A DNA stretch of 64,000 nucleotides, taken from contig OZ210884.1 of assembly GCA_964658305.1 (NCBI GenBank), positions 2,108,001 through 2,172,000 of the forward strand. Reading direction: 5' to 3'. The translations under genes were made by a program, and so were the position numbers. This DNA comes from Leptogorgia sarmentosa. Taxonomy: Eukaryota. The notes beneath the pieces were generated by a model. It searched no databases. It saw nothing but the letters and a program-made list of their open reading frames with translations, and had not been told where the DNA came from. Shown here piece by piece: positions 39,001-51,100 of the stretch; within the stretch, counting starts at the first letter, position 1, and each line of letters begins with the position of its first letter.

Positions 39001-42000
39001 CTTTGAAACAACGGGCTACCCATCATCATGCCCTTGCTCGTATTTTTATCACAGGTTTACGAAATTTTCGCTGCACATTGCTCTTTGCATGGTGAATACG
39101 CATGGTAAATTTGGTGGCGACACCATTCAAAATCGAAGCCACAGAAGCAATCAAGTCCCTTCTCCTGGTATGGTATATTCGCTATTGCTCCTGTTGAGAT
39201 TCCTTTGAAACAACGGGCTGCCCATCATCATGCCCTTGCTCGTATTTTTATGACAGGTTTACGAAATTTACGCTGCACATTGCTCTTGGCATGGTGAATA
39301 CGCATGGTAAATTTGGTGGCGACACCAGTCAAAATGGAAGCCACAGAAGCAATCAAGTCCCTTCACCTGGTATGGTATCTTTGCTATTGCTCCTGTTGAG
39401 ATTCCTTTGAAACAACGGGCTACCCATCATCATGCCCTTGCTCGTATTTTTATCACAGGTTTACGAAATTTTCGCTGCACATTGCTCTTGGCATGGTGAA
39501 TACGCATGGTAAATTTGGTGGCGACACCATTCAAAATCGAAGCCACAGAAGCAATCAAGTCCCTTCTCCTGGTATGGTATATTTGCTATTGTTCTGGTTG
39601 AGATTCCTTTGAAACAACGGGCTACCCATCATCATGCCCTTGCTCGTATTTTTATCACAGGTTTACGAAATTTTCGCTGCACATTGCTCTTTGCATGGTG
39701 AATACGCATGGTAAATTTGGTGGCGACACCATTGAAAATTGAAGCCACAGAAGCAATCAATTCCCTTCACCTGGTATGGTATATTTGCTATTGCTCCTGT
39801 TGAGATTCCTTTGAAGCAACGGGCTACCCATCATCATGCCCTTGCTCGTATTTTTATCACAGGTTTACGAAATTTTCGCTGCACATTGCTCTTGGCATGG
39901 TGAATACGTATGGTAAATTTGGTGGCGACACCATTCAAAATGGAAGCCACAGAAGCAATCAAGTCCCTTCACCTGGTATGGTATATTTGCTATTGCTATT
40001 GCTCCTGTTGAGATTCCTTTGAAACAACGGGCTACCCATCATCATGCCCTTGCTCGTATTTTTATCACAGGTTTACGAAATTTTCGCTGCACATTGCTCT
40101 TTGCATGGTGAATACGCATGGTAAATTTGGTGGCGACACCATTCAAAATCGAAGCCACAGAAGCAATCAAGTCCCTTCTCCTGGTATGGTATATTCGCTA
40201 TTGCTCCTGTTGAGATTCCTTTGAAACAACGGGCTGCCCATCATCATGCCCTTGCTCGTATTTTTATGACAGGTTTACGAAATTTACGCTGCACATTGCT
40301 CTTGGCATGGTGAATACGCATGGTAAATTTGGTGGCGACACCAGTCAAAATGGAAGCCACAGAAGCAATCAAGTCCCTTCACCTGGTATGGTATCTTTGC
40401 TATTGCTCCTGTTGAGATTCCTTTGAAACAACGGTCTACCCATCATCATGCCCTTGCTCGTATTTTTATCACAAGTTTACGAAATTTTCGCTGCCCATTG
40501 CTCTTGGCATGGTGAATACGCATGGTAAATTTGGTGGCAACACCATTCAAAATCGAAGCCACAGAAGCAATCAAGTCCCTTCTCCTGGTATTGTATATTT
40601 GCTATTGCTCCTGTTGAGATTCCTTTGAAACAACGGGCTACCCATCATCATGCCCTTGCTCGTATTTTTATCACAGGTTTACGACATTTTCGCTGCACAT
40701 TGCTCTTTGCATGGTGAATACGCATGGTAAATTTGGTGGCGACACCATTCAAAATTGAAGCCACAGAAGCAATCAATTCCCTTCACCTGGTATGGTATAT
40801 TTGCTATTGCTCCTGTTGAGATTCCTTTGAAGCAACGGGCTACCCATCATCATGCCCTTGCTCGTATTTTTATCACAGGTTTACGAAATTTTCGCTGCAC
40901 ATTGCTCTTGGCATGGTGAATACGTATGGTAAATTTGGTGGCGACACCATTCAAAATGGAAGCCACAGAAGCAATCAAGTCCCTTCACCTGGTATGGTAT
41001 ATTTGCTATTGCTATTGCTCCTGTTGAGATTCCTTTGAAACAACGGGCTACCCATCATCATGCCCTTGCTCGTATTTTTATCACAGGTTTACGAAATTTT
41101 CGCTGCACATTGCTCTTTGCATGGTGAATACGCATGGTAAATTTGGTGGCGACACCATTCAAAATTGAAGCCACAGAAGCAATCAAGTCCCTTCACCTGG
41201 TATGGTATATTTGCTATTGCTCCTGTTGAGATTCCTTTGAAACAACAGGCTACCCATCATCATGCCCTTGCTCGTATTTTTATCACAGGTTTACGAAATT
41301 TTCGTTGCACATTGCTCTTGGCATGGTGAATACGCATGGTAAATTTGGTGGCGACACCATTCAAAATGGAAGCCACAGAAGCAATCAAGTCCCTTCACCT
41401 GGTATGGTATATTTGCTATTGCTATTGCTCCTGTTGAGATTCCTTTGAAACAACGGGCTACCCATCATCATGCCCTTGCTCGTATTTTTATCACAGGTTT
41501 ACGAAATTTTCGCTGCACATTGCTCTTTGCATGGTGAATACACATAGTAAATTTGGTGGCGACACCATTCAAAATCGAAGCCACAGAAGCAATCAAGTCC
41601 CTTCACCTGGTATGGTATATTTGCTATTGCTCCTGTTGAGATTCCTTTGAAACAACGGGCTACCCATCATCATTCCCTTGCTCGTATTTTTATCACAGGT
41701 TTACGAAATTTTCGCTGCACATTGCTCTTGGCATTGTGAATACGCATGGTAAATTTGGTGGCGACACCATTCAAAATGGAAGCCACAGAAGCAATCAAGT
41801 CCCTTCACCTGGTATGGTATATTTGCTATTGCTATTGCTCCTGTTGAGATTCCTTTGAAACAACGGGCTACCCATCATCATGCCCTTGCCCGTATTTTTA
41901 TCACAGGTTTACGAAATTTTCGCTGCACATTGCTCTTGGCATAGTGAATACGCAAGGTAAATTTGGTGGCGAAACCATTCAAAATGGAAGCCACAGAAGC

Positions 42001-42163
42001 AATCAAGTCCCTTCACCTGGTATGGTATATTTGCTATTGCTCCTGTTGAGATTCCTTTGAAGCAACGGGCTACCCATCATCATGCCCTTGCTCGTATTTT
42101 TATCACAGGTTTACGAAATTTTCGTTGCACATTGCTCTTGGCATGGTGAATACGCATGTTAAA
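9081..42163 (+). repeat. Homogeneous satellite array in forward orientation; 208-bp monomers dominant, 202/203-bp monomers mixed in after ~30.6 kb
   Basis: Consensus CATGGTGAATACGCATGGTAAATTTGGTGGCGACACCATTCAAAATGGAAGCCACAGAAGCAATCAAGTCCCTTCACCTGGTATGGTATATTTGCTATT(GCTATT)GCTCCTGTTGAGATTCCTTTGAAACAACGGGCTACCCATCATCATGCCCTTGCTCGTATTTTTATCACAGGTTTACGAAATTTTCGCTGCACATTGCTCTTGG. Marker spacings are multiples of 208 (624, 1456, 1664, 3952). Confidence 0.98.
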
Positions 42164-45100
42164 ATACCAGGTGAAGGGACTTGATTGCTTCTGTGGCTTC
42201 TATTTTGAATGGTGTCGCCACCAAATTTACCATGCGTATTCACCATCGCCAAGAGCAATGTGCAGCGAAAATTTCGTAAACCTGTGATAAAAATACGAGC
42301 AAGGGCATGATGATGGGTAGCCCGTTGTTTCAAAGGAATCTCATCAGGAGCAATAGCAATAGCAAATATACCATATCAGGTGAAGTGACTTGATTGCTCC
42401 TGTGGCTTCCATTTTGAATGGTGTCGCCACCAAATTTACCATGCGTAATCACCATGCCAAGAGCAATGTGCATCGAAAATTTCGTAAACCTGTGATAAAA
42501 ATACGAGCAAGGGCATGATGATGGGTAGCCCGTTGCTTCAAAGGAATCTCAACAGGAGCAATAGCAATAGCAAATATACCATACCAGGTGAAGCGACTTG
42601 ATTGCTTCTGTGGCTTCCATTTTGAATGGTGTCGCCGCCAAATTTACCATGCGTATTCACCATGCCAAGAGCAATGTGCAGCGAAAATTTCGTAAACCTG
42701 TGATAAAAATAAGAGCAAGGGCATGATGATGGGTAGCCCGTTGTTTCAAAGGAATCTCAACAGGGGCAATAGCAATAGCAAATATACCATACCAGGTGAA
42801 GGGACTTGATTGCTTCTGTGACTTCCATTTTGAATGGTGTCGGCACAAAATTTACCATGCGTATTCACCATGCCAAGAGCAATGTGCAGCGAAAATTTCG
42901 TAAACCTGTGATAAAAATACGTGCAAGGGCATGATGATGGGTAACCCGTTGTTTCAAAGGAATCTCAACAGGAGCAATAGCAATAGCAAATATACCATAC
43001 CAGGTGAAGGGACTTGATTGCTTCTGTGGCTTCCATTTTAAATGGTGTCGCCACCAAATTTACCATGCGTATTCACCATCGCCAAGAGCAATGTGCAGCG
43101 AAAATTTTGTAAACCTGTGATAAAAATACGAGCAATGGCATGATGATGGGTAGCCCGTTGTTTCAAAGAATCTCAACAGGAGCAATAGCAATAGCAAATA
43201 TACCATACCAGGTGAAGGGACTTGATTGCTTCTGTGACTTCCATTTTGAATGGTGTCGGCACAAAATTTACCATGCGTATTCACCATGCCAAGAGCAATG
43301 TGCAGCGAAAATTTCGTAAATCTGTGATAAAAATACGAGCAAGGGCATGATGATGGGTAGCCCGTTGTTTCAAAGGAATCTCAACAGGAGCAATAGCAAT
43401 AGCAAATATACCATACCAAGTGAAGGGACTTGATTGCTTCTGTGGCTTCCATTTTAAATGGTGTCGCCACCAAATTTACCATGCGTATTCACCATCGCCA
43501 AGAGCAATGTGCAGCGAAAATTTCGTAAACCGGTGATAAAAATACGAGCAACGGCATGATGATGGGTAGCCCGTTGTTTCAAAGGAATCTCAACAGGAGC
43601 AATAGCAATAGCAAATATACCATACCAGGTGAAGGGACTTGATTGCTTCTGTGGCTTCTATTTTGAATGGTGTCGCCACCAAATTTACCATGCGTATTCA
43701 CCATCGCCAAGAGCAATGTGCAGCGAAAATTTCGTAAACCTGTGATAAAAATACGAGCAAGGGCATGATGATGGGTAGCCCGTTGTTTCAAAGGAATCTC
43801 AACAGGAGCAATAGCAATAGCAAATATACCATACCAGGTGAAGGGACTTGATTGCTTCTGTGGCTTCCATTTTGAATGGTGTCGCCACCAAATTTACCAT
43901 GCGTATTCACCATGCCAAGAGCAATGTGCAGCGAAAATGTCGTAAACCTGTGATAAAAATACGAGCAAGGGCATGATGATGGGTAGCCCGTTTTTTCAAA
44001 GGAATCTCAACAGGAGCAATAGCAAATATACCATACCAGGTGAAGGGACTTGATTGCTTCTGTGGCTTCCATTTTGAATGGTGTGGCCACCAAATTTACC
44101 ATGCGTATTCACCATGCCAAGAGCAATGTGCAGCGAAAATTTCGTAAACCTGTGATAAAAATACGGGCAAGGGCATGATGATGGGTAGCCCGTTGTTTCA
44201 AAGGAATCTCAACAGGAGCAATAGCAATAGCAAATATACCATACCAGGTGAAGGGATTTGATTGCTTCTGTGGCTTCCATTTTGGTGTCGCCACCAAATT
44301 TACCATGCGTATTCACCATGCCAAGAGCAATGTGCAGCGAAAATTTCGTAAACCATTGATAAAAATACGAGCAAGGGCATGATGATGGGTAGCCCGTTGT
44401 TTCAAAGGAATCTCAACAGGAGCAATAGCAATAGCAAATATACCATACCAGGTGAAGGGACTTGATTGCTTCTGTGGCTTCCATTTTGAATGGTGTCGCC
44501 ACCAAATTTAACATGCGTATTCACCATGCCAAGAGCAATGTACAGCGAAAATTTCGTAAACCTGTGATAAAAACACGACCAAGGGCATGATGATGGGTAG
44601 CCCGTTGTTTCAAAGGAATCTCAACAGGAGCAATAGCAAATATACCATACCAGGTGAAGGGACTTGATTGCTTCTGTGGCTTCCATTTTGAATGGTGTCG
44701 CCACCAAATTTACCATGCGTATTCACCATCGCCAAGAGCAATGTGCAGCGAAAATTTCGTAAACCTGTGATAAAAATACGAGCAAGGGCATGATGATGGG
44801 TAGCCCGTTGTTTCAAAGGAATCTCAACAGGAGCAATAGCAAATATACCATACCAGGTGAAGGGACTTGATTGCTTCTGTGGCTTCCATTTTGCATGGTG
44901 TCGCCACCAAATTTACCATGCGTATTCACCATGCCAAGAGCAATGTGCAGCAAAAATTTCGTAAACCTGTGATAAAAATACGAGCAAGGGCATGATGATG
45001 GGTAGCCCGTTGTTTCAAAGGAATCTCAACAGGAGCAATAGCAAATATACCATACCAGGTGAAGGGACTTGATTGCTTCTGTGGCTTCCATTTTGAATGG

Positions 45101-48100
45101 TGTCGCCACCAAATTTACCATGCGTATTCACCATGCCAAGAGCAATGTGCAACGAAAATTTCGTAAACCTGTGATAAAAATACGAGCAAGGGCATGATGA
45201 TGGGTAGCCCGTTGTTTCAAAGGAATCTCAACAGGAGCAATAGCAAATATACCATACCAGGTGAAGGGACTTGATTGCTTCTGTGGCTTCCATTTTGAAT
45301 GGTGTCGCCACCAAATTTACCATGCATATTCACCATGCCAAGAGCAATGTGCAGCGAAAATTTCGTAAACCTGTGATAAAAATACGAGCAAGGGCATGAT
45401 GATGGGTAGCCCGTTGTTTCAAAGGAATCTAAACAGGAGCAATAGCAAATATACCACACCAGGTAAAGGGACTTGATTGCTTCTGTGGCTTCCATTTTGA
45501 ATGGTGTCGCCACCAAATTTACCATGCGTATTCACCATGCCAAGAGCAATGTGCAGCGAAAATTTTGTAAACCTGTGATAAAAATACGAGCAAGGGCATG
45601 ATGATGGGTAGCCCGTTGTTTCAAAGGAATCTCAACACGAGCAATAGCAAATATACCATACCAGGTGAAGGGACTTGATTGCTTCTGTGGCTTCCATTTT
45701 GAATGGTGTCGCCACCAAATTTACCATGCGTATTCACCATCGCCAAGAGCAATGTGCAGCGAAAATTTCGTAAACCTGTGATAAAAATACGAGCAAGGCA
45801 TGATGATGGGTAGCCCGTTGTTTCAAAGGAATCTCAACAGGAGCAATAGCAATAGCAAATATACCATACCAGGTGAAGGGACTTGATTGCTTCTGTGGCT
45901 TCCATTTTGAATGGTGTCGCCACCAAATTTGCCATGCGTATTCACCATGCCAAGAGCAATGTGCAGCAAACATTTCGTAAACCTGTGATAAAATTACGAG
46001 CAAGGGCATGATGATGGGTAGCCCGTTGTTTCAAAGGAATCTCAACAGGAGCAATAGCAAATATACCATACCAGGTGAAGGGACTTGATTGCTTCTGTGG
46101 CTTCCATTTTGAATGGTGTCGCCACCAAATTTACCATGCGTATTCACCATGCCAAGAGCAATTAGCAGCGAAAATTTCGTAAACCTGTGATAAAAATACG
46201 AGCAAGGGCATGATGATGGGTAGCCCGTTGTTTCAAAGGAATCTGAACAGGAGCAATAGCAAATATACCATACCAGGTAAAGGGACTTGATTGCTTCTGT
46301 GGCTTCCATTTTGAATGGTGTCGCCACCAAATTTACCATGCGTATTCACCAGGCCAAGAGCAATGTGCAGCGAAAATTTTGTAAACCTGTGATAAAAATA
46401 CGAGCAAGGGCATGATGATGGCTAGCCCGTTGTTTCAAAGGAATCTCAACACGAGCAATAGCAAATATACCATACCAGGTGAAGGGACTTGATTGCTTCT
46501 GTGGCTTCCATTTTCAATGGTGTCGCCACCAAATTTACCATGCGTATTCACCATCGCCAAGAGCAATGTGCAGCGAAAATTTCGTAAACCTGTGATAAAA
46601 ATACGAGCAAGGCATGATGATGGGTAGCCCGTTGTTTCAAAGGAATCTCAACAGGAGCAATAGCAATAGCAAATATACCATACCAGGTGAAGGGACTTGA
46701 TTGCTTCTGTGGCTTCCATTTTGAATGGTGTCGCCACCAAATTTACCATGCGTATTCACCATGCCAAGAGCAATGTGCAGCAAAAATTTCGTAAACCTGT
46801 GATAAAATTACGAGCAAGGGCATGATGATGGGTAGCCCGTTGTTTCAAAGGAATCTCAACAGGAGCAATAGCAAATATACCATACCAGGTGAAGGGACTT
46901 GATTGCTTCTGTGGCTTCCATTTTGAATGGTGTCGCCACCAAATTTACCATGCGTATTCACCATGCCAAGAGCAATGTGCAGCAAAAATTTCGTAAACCT
47001 GTGATAAAAATACGAGCAAGGGCATGATGATGGGTTGCCCGTTGTTTCAAAGGAATCTCAACAGGAGCAATAGCAAATATACCATACCAGGTGAAGGGAC
47101 TTGATTGCTTCTGTGGCTTCCATTTTGAATGGTGTCGCCACCAAATTTACCATGCGTATTCGCCATGCCATGAGCAATGTGCAACGAAAATTTCGTAAAC
47201 CTGTGATAAAAATACGAGCAAGGGCATGATGATGGGTAGCCCGTTGTTTCAAAGGAATCTCAACAGGAGCAATAGCAAATATACCATACCAGGTAAAGGG
47301 ACTTGATTGCTTCTGTGGCTTCCATTTTGAATGGTGTCGCCACCAAATTTACCATGCGTATTCACCATGCCAAGAGCAATGTGCAGCGAAAATTTCGTAA
47401 ACCATTGATAAAAATACGAGCAAGGGCATGATGATGGGTAGCCCGTTGTTTCAAAGGTATCTCAACAGGACCAATAGCAATAGCAAATATACCATACCAG
47501 GTGAAGGGACTTGATTGCTTCTGTGGCTTCCATTTTGAATGGTGTCGCCACCAAATTTAACATGCGTATTCACCATGCCAAGAGCAATGTACAGCGAAAA
47601 TTTCGTAAACCTGTGATAAAAATACGACCAAGGGCATGATGATGGGTAGCCCGTTGTTTCAAAGGAATCTCAACAGGAGCAATAGCAATAGCAAATATAC
47701 CATACCAGGTGAAGGGACTTGATTGCTTCTGTGGCTTCCATTTTGAATGGTGTCGCCACCAAATTTACCATGCGTATTCACCATGCCAAGAGCAATTAGC
47801 AGCGAAAATTTCGTAAACCTGTGATAAAAATACGAGCAAGGGCATGATGATGGCTAGCCCGTTGTTTCAAAGGAATCTCAACACGAGCAATAGCAAATAT
47901 ACCATACCAGGTGAAGGGACTTGATTGCTTCTGTGGCTTCCATTTTCAATGGTGTCGCCACCAAATTTACCATGCGTATTCACCATCGCCAAGAGCAATG
48001 TGCAGCGAAAATTTCGTAAACCTGTGATAAAAATACGAGCAAGGCATGATGATGGGTAGCCCGTTGTTTCAAAGGAATCTCAACAGGAGCAATAGCAATA

Positions 48101-51100
48101 GCAAATATACCATACCAGGTGAAGGGACTTGATTGCTTCTGTGGCTTCCATTTTGAATGGTGTCGCCACCAAATTTACCATGCGTATTCACCATGCCAAG
48201 AGCAATGTGCAGCAAAAATTTCGTAAACCTGTGATAAAATTACGAGCAAGGGCATGATGATGGGTAGCCCGTTGTTTCAAAGGAATCTCAACAGGAGCAA
48301 TAGCAAATATACCATACCAGGTGAAGGGACTTGATTGCTTCTGTGGCTTCCATTTTGAATGGTGTCGCCACCAAATTTACCATGCGTATTCACCATGCCA
48401 AGAGCAATGTGCAGCAAAAATTTCGTAAACCTGTGATAAAAATACGAGCAAGGGCATGATGATGGGTTGCCCGTTGTTTCAAAGGAATCTCAACAGGAGC
48501 AATAGCAAATATACCATACCAGGTGAAGGGACTTGATTGCTTCTGTGGCTTCCATTTTGAATGGTGTCGCCACCAAATTTACCATGCGTATTCGCCATGC
48601 CATGAGCAATGTGCAACGAAAATTTCGTAAACCTGTGATAAAAATACGAGCAAGGGCATGATGATGGGTAGCCCGTTGTTTCAAAGGAATCTCAACAGGA
48701 GCAATAGCAAATATACCATACCAGGTAAAGGGACTTGATTGCTTCTGTGGCTTCCATTTTGAATGGTGTCGCCACCAAATTTACCATGCGTATTCACCAT
48801 GCCAAGAGCAATGTGCAGCGAAAATTTCGTAAACCATTGATAAAAATACGAGCAAGGGCATGATGATGGGTAGCCCGTTGTTTCAAAGGAATCTCAACAG
48901 GACCAATAGCAATAGCAAATATACCATACCAGGTGAAGGGACTTGATTGCTTCTGTGGCTTCCATTTTGAATGGTGTCGCCACCAAATTTAACATGCGTA
49001 TTCACCATGCCAAGAGCAATGTACAGCGAAAATTTCGTAAACCTGTGATAAAAATACGACCAAGGGCATGATGATGGGTAGCCCGTTGTTTCAAAGGAAT
49101 CTCAACAGGAGCAATAGCAATAGCAAATATACCATACCAGGTGAAGGGACTTGATTGCTTCTGTGGCTTCCATTTTGAATGGTGTCGCCACCAAATTTAC
49201 CATGCGTATTCACCATGCCAAGAGCAATTAGCAGCGAAAATTTCGTAAACCTGTGATAAAAATACGAGCAAGGGCATGATGATGGGTAGCCCGTTGTTTC
49301 AAAGGAATCTCAACAGGAGCAATAGCAATAGCAAATATATCATACCAGGTGAAGGGACTTGATTGCTTCTGTGGCTTCCATTTTGAATGGTGTCGCCACC
49401 AAATTTACCATGCCTATTCACCATGCCAAGAGCAATGTGCAGCGAAAATTTCGTAAACCTGTGATAAAAATACGAGCAAGGGCATGAAGATGGGTAGCCC
49501 GTTGTTTCAAAGGAATCTCAACAGGAGCAATGGCAAATATACCATACCAGGTGAAGGGACTTGATTGCTTCTGTGGCTTCCATTTTGAATGGTGTCGCCA
49601 CCAAATTTACCATGCGTACTCGCCATGCCAAGAACAATGTGCAGCGAAAATTTCGTAAACCTGTGATAAAAATACGAGCAAGGGCATGATGATGGGTAGC
49701 CCGTTGTTTCAAAGGAATCTCAACAGGAGCAATAGCAAATATACCATACCAGGTGAAGGGACTTGATTGCTTCTGTGGCTTCCATTTTCAATGGTGTCGC
49801 CACCAAATTTACCATGCATATTCACCATGCCAAGAGCAATGCGCAGCGAAAATTTCGTAAACCTGTGATAAAAATACGAGCAAGGGCATGATGATGGGTA
49901 GCCCGTTGTTTCAAAGGAATCTAAACAGGAGCAATAGCAAATATACCATACCAGGTAAAGGGACTTGATTGCTTCTGTGGCTTCCATTTTGAATGGTGTC
50001 GCCACCAAATTTACCATGCGTATTCACCATGCCAAGAGCAATGTGCAGCAAAAATTTCGTAAACCTGTGATAAAATTACGAGCAAGGGCATGATGATGGG
50101 TAGCCCGTTGTTTCAAAGGAATCTCAACAGGAGCAATAGCAAATATACCATACCAGGTGAAGGGACTTGATTGCTTCTGTGGCTTCCATTTTGAATGGTG
50201 TCGCCACCAAATTTACCATGCGTATTCACCATGCCAAGAGCAATGTGCAGCAAAAATTTCGTAAACCTGTGATAAAAATACGAGCAAGGGCATGATGATG
50301 GGTAGCCCGTTGTTTCAAAGGAATCTCAACAGGAGCAATGGCAAATATACCATACCAGGTGAAGGGACTTGATTGCTTCTGTGGCTTCCATTTTGAATGG
50401 TGTCGCCACCAAATTTAACATGCGTATTCACCATGCCAAGAGCAATGTACAGCGAAAATTTCGTAAACCTGTGATAAAAATACGACCAAGGGCATGATGA
50501 TGGGTAGCCCGTTGTTTCAAAGGAATCTCAACAGGAGCAATAGCAATAGCAAATATACCATACCAGGTGAAGGGACTTGATTGCTTCTGTGGCTTCCATT
50601 TTGAATGGTGTCGCCACCAAATTTACCATGCGTATTCACCATGCCAAGAGCAATTAGCAGCGAAAATTTCGTAAACCTGTGATAAAAATACGAGCAAGGG
50701 CATGATGATGGGTAGCCCGTTGTTTCAAAGGAATCTCAACAGGAGCAATAGCAATAGCAAATATATCATACCAGGTGAAGGGACTTGATTGCTTCTGTGG
50801 CTTCCATTTTGAATGGTGTCGCCACCAAATTTACCATGCGTATTCACCATGCCAAGAGCAATGTGCAGCGAAAATTTCGTAAACCTGTGATAAAAATACG
50901 AGCAAGGGCATGATGATGGGTAGCCCGTTGTTTCAAAGGAATCTCAACAGGAGCAATGGCAAATATACCATACCAGGTGAAGGGACTTGATTGCTTCTGT
51001 GGCTTCCATTTTGAATGGTGTCGCCACCAAATTTACCATGCGTACTGGCCATGCCAAGAACAATGTGCAGCGAAAATTTCGTAAACCTGTGATAAAAATA

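Noticed and set aside
42327..42347. Hammerhead ribozyme or retrozyme-like core: the monomer has CTGTTGAG-ATTCCTTT-GAAAC, and this one copy reads CTGATGAG...GAAAC on the minus strand
   Set aside because: The consensus lacks the conserved A of CUGAUGA, stem II is marginal, and I could not find a stem III/NUH cleavage site or stem I. An Infernal hammerhead search would settle it; no hit expected.
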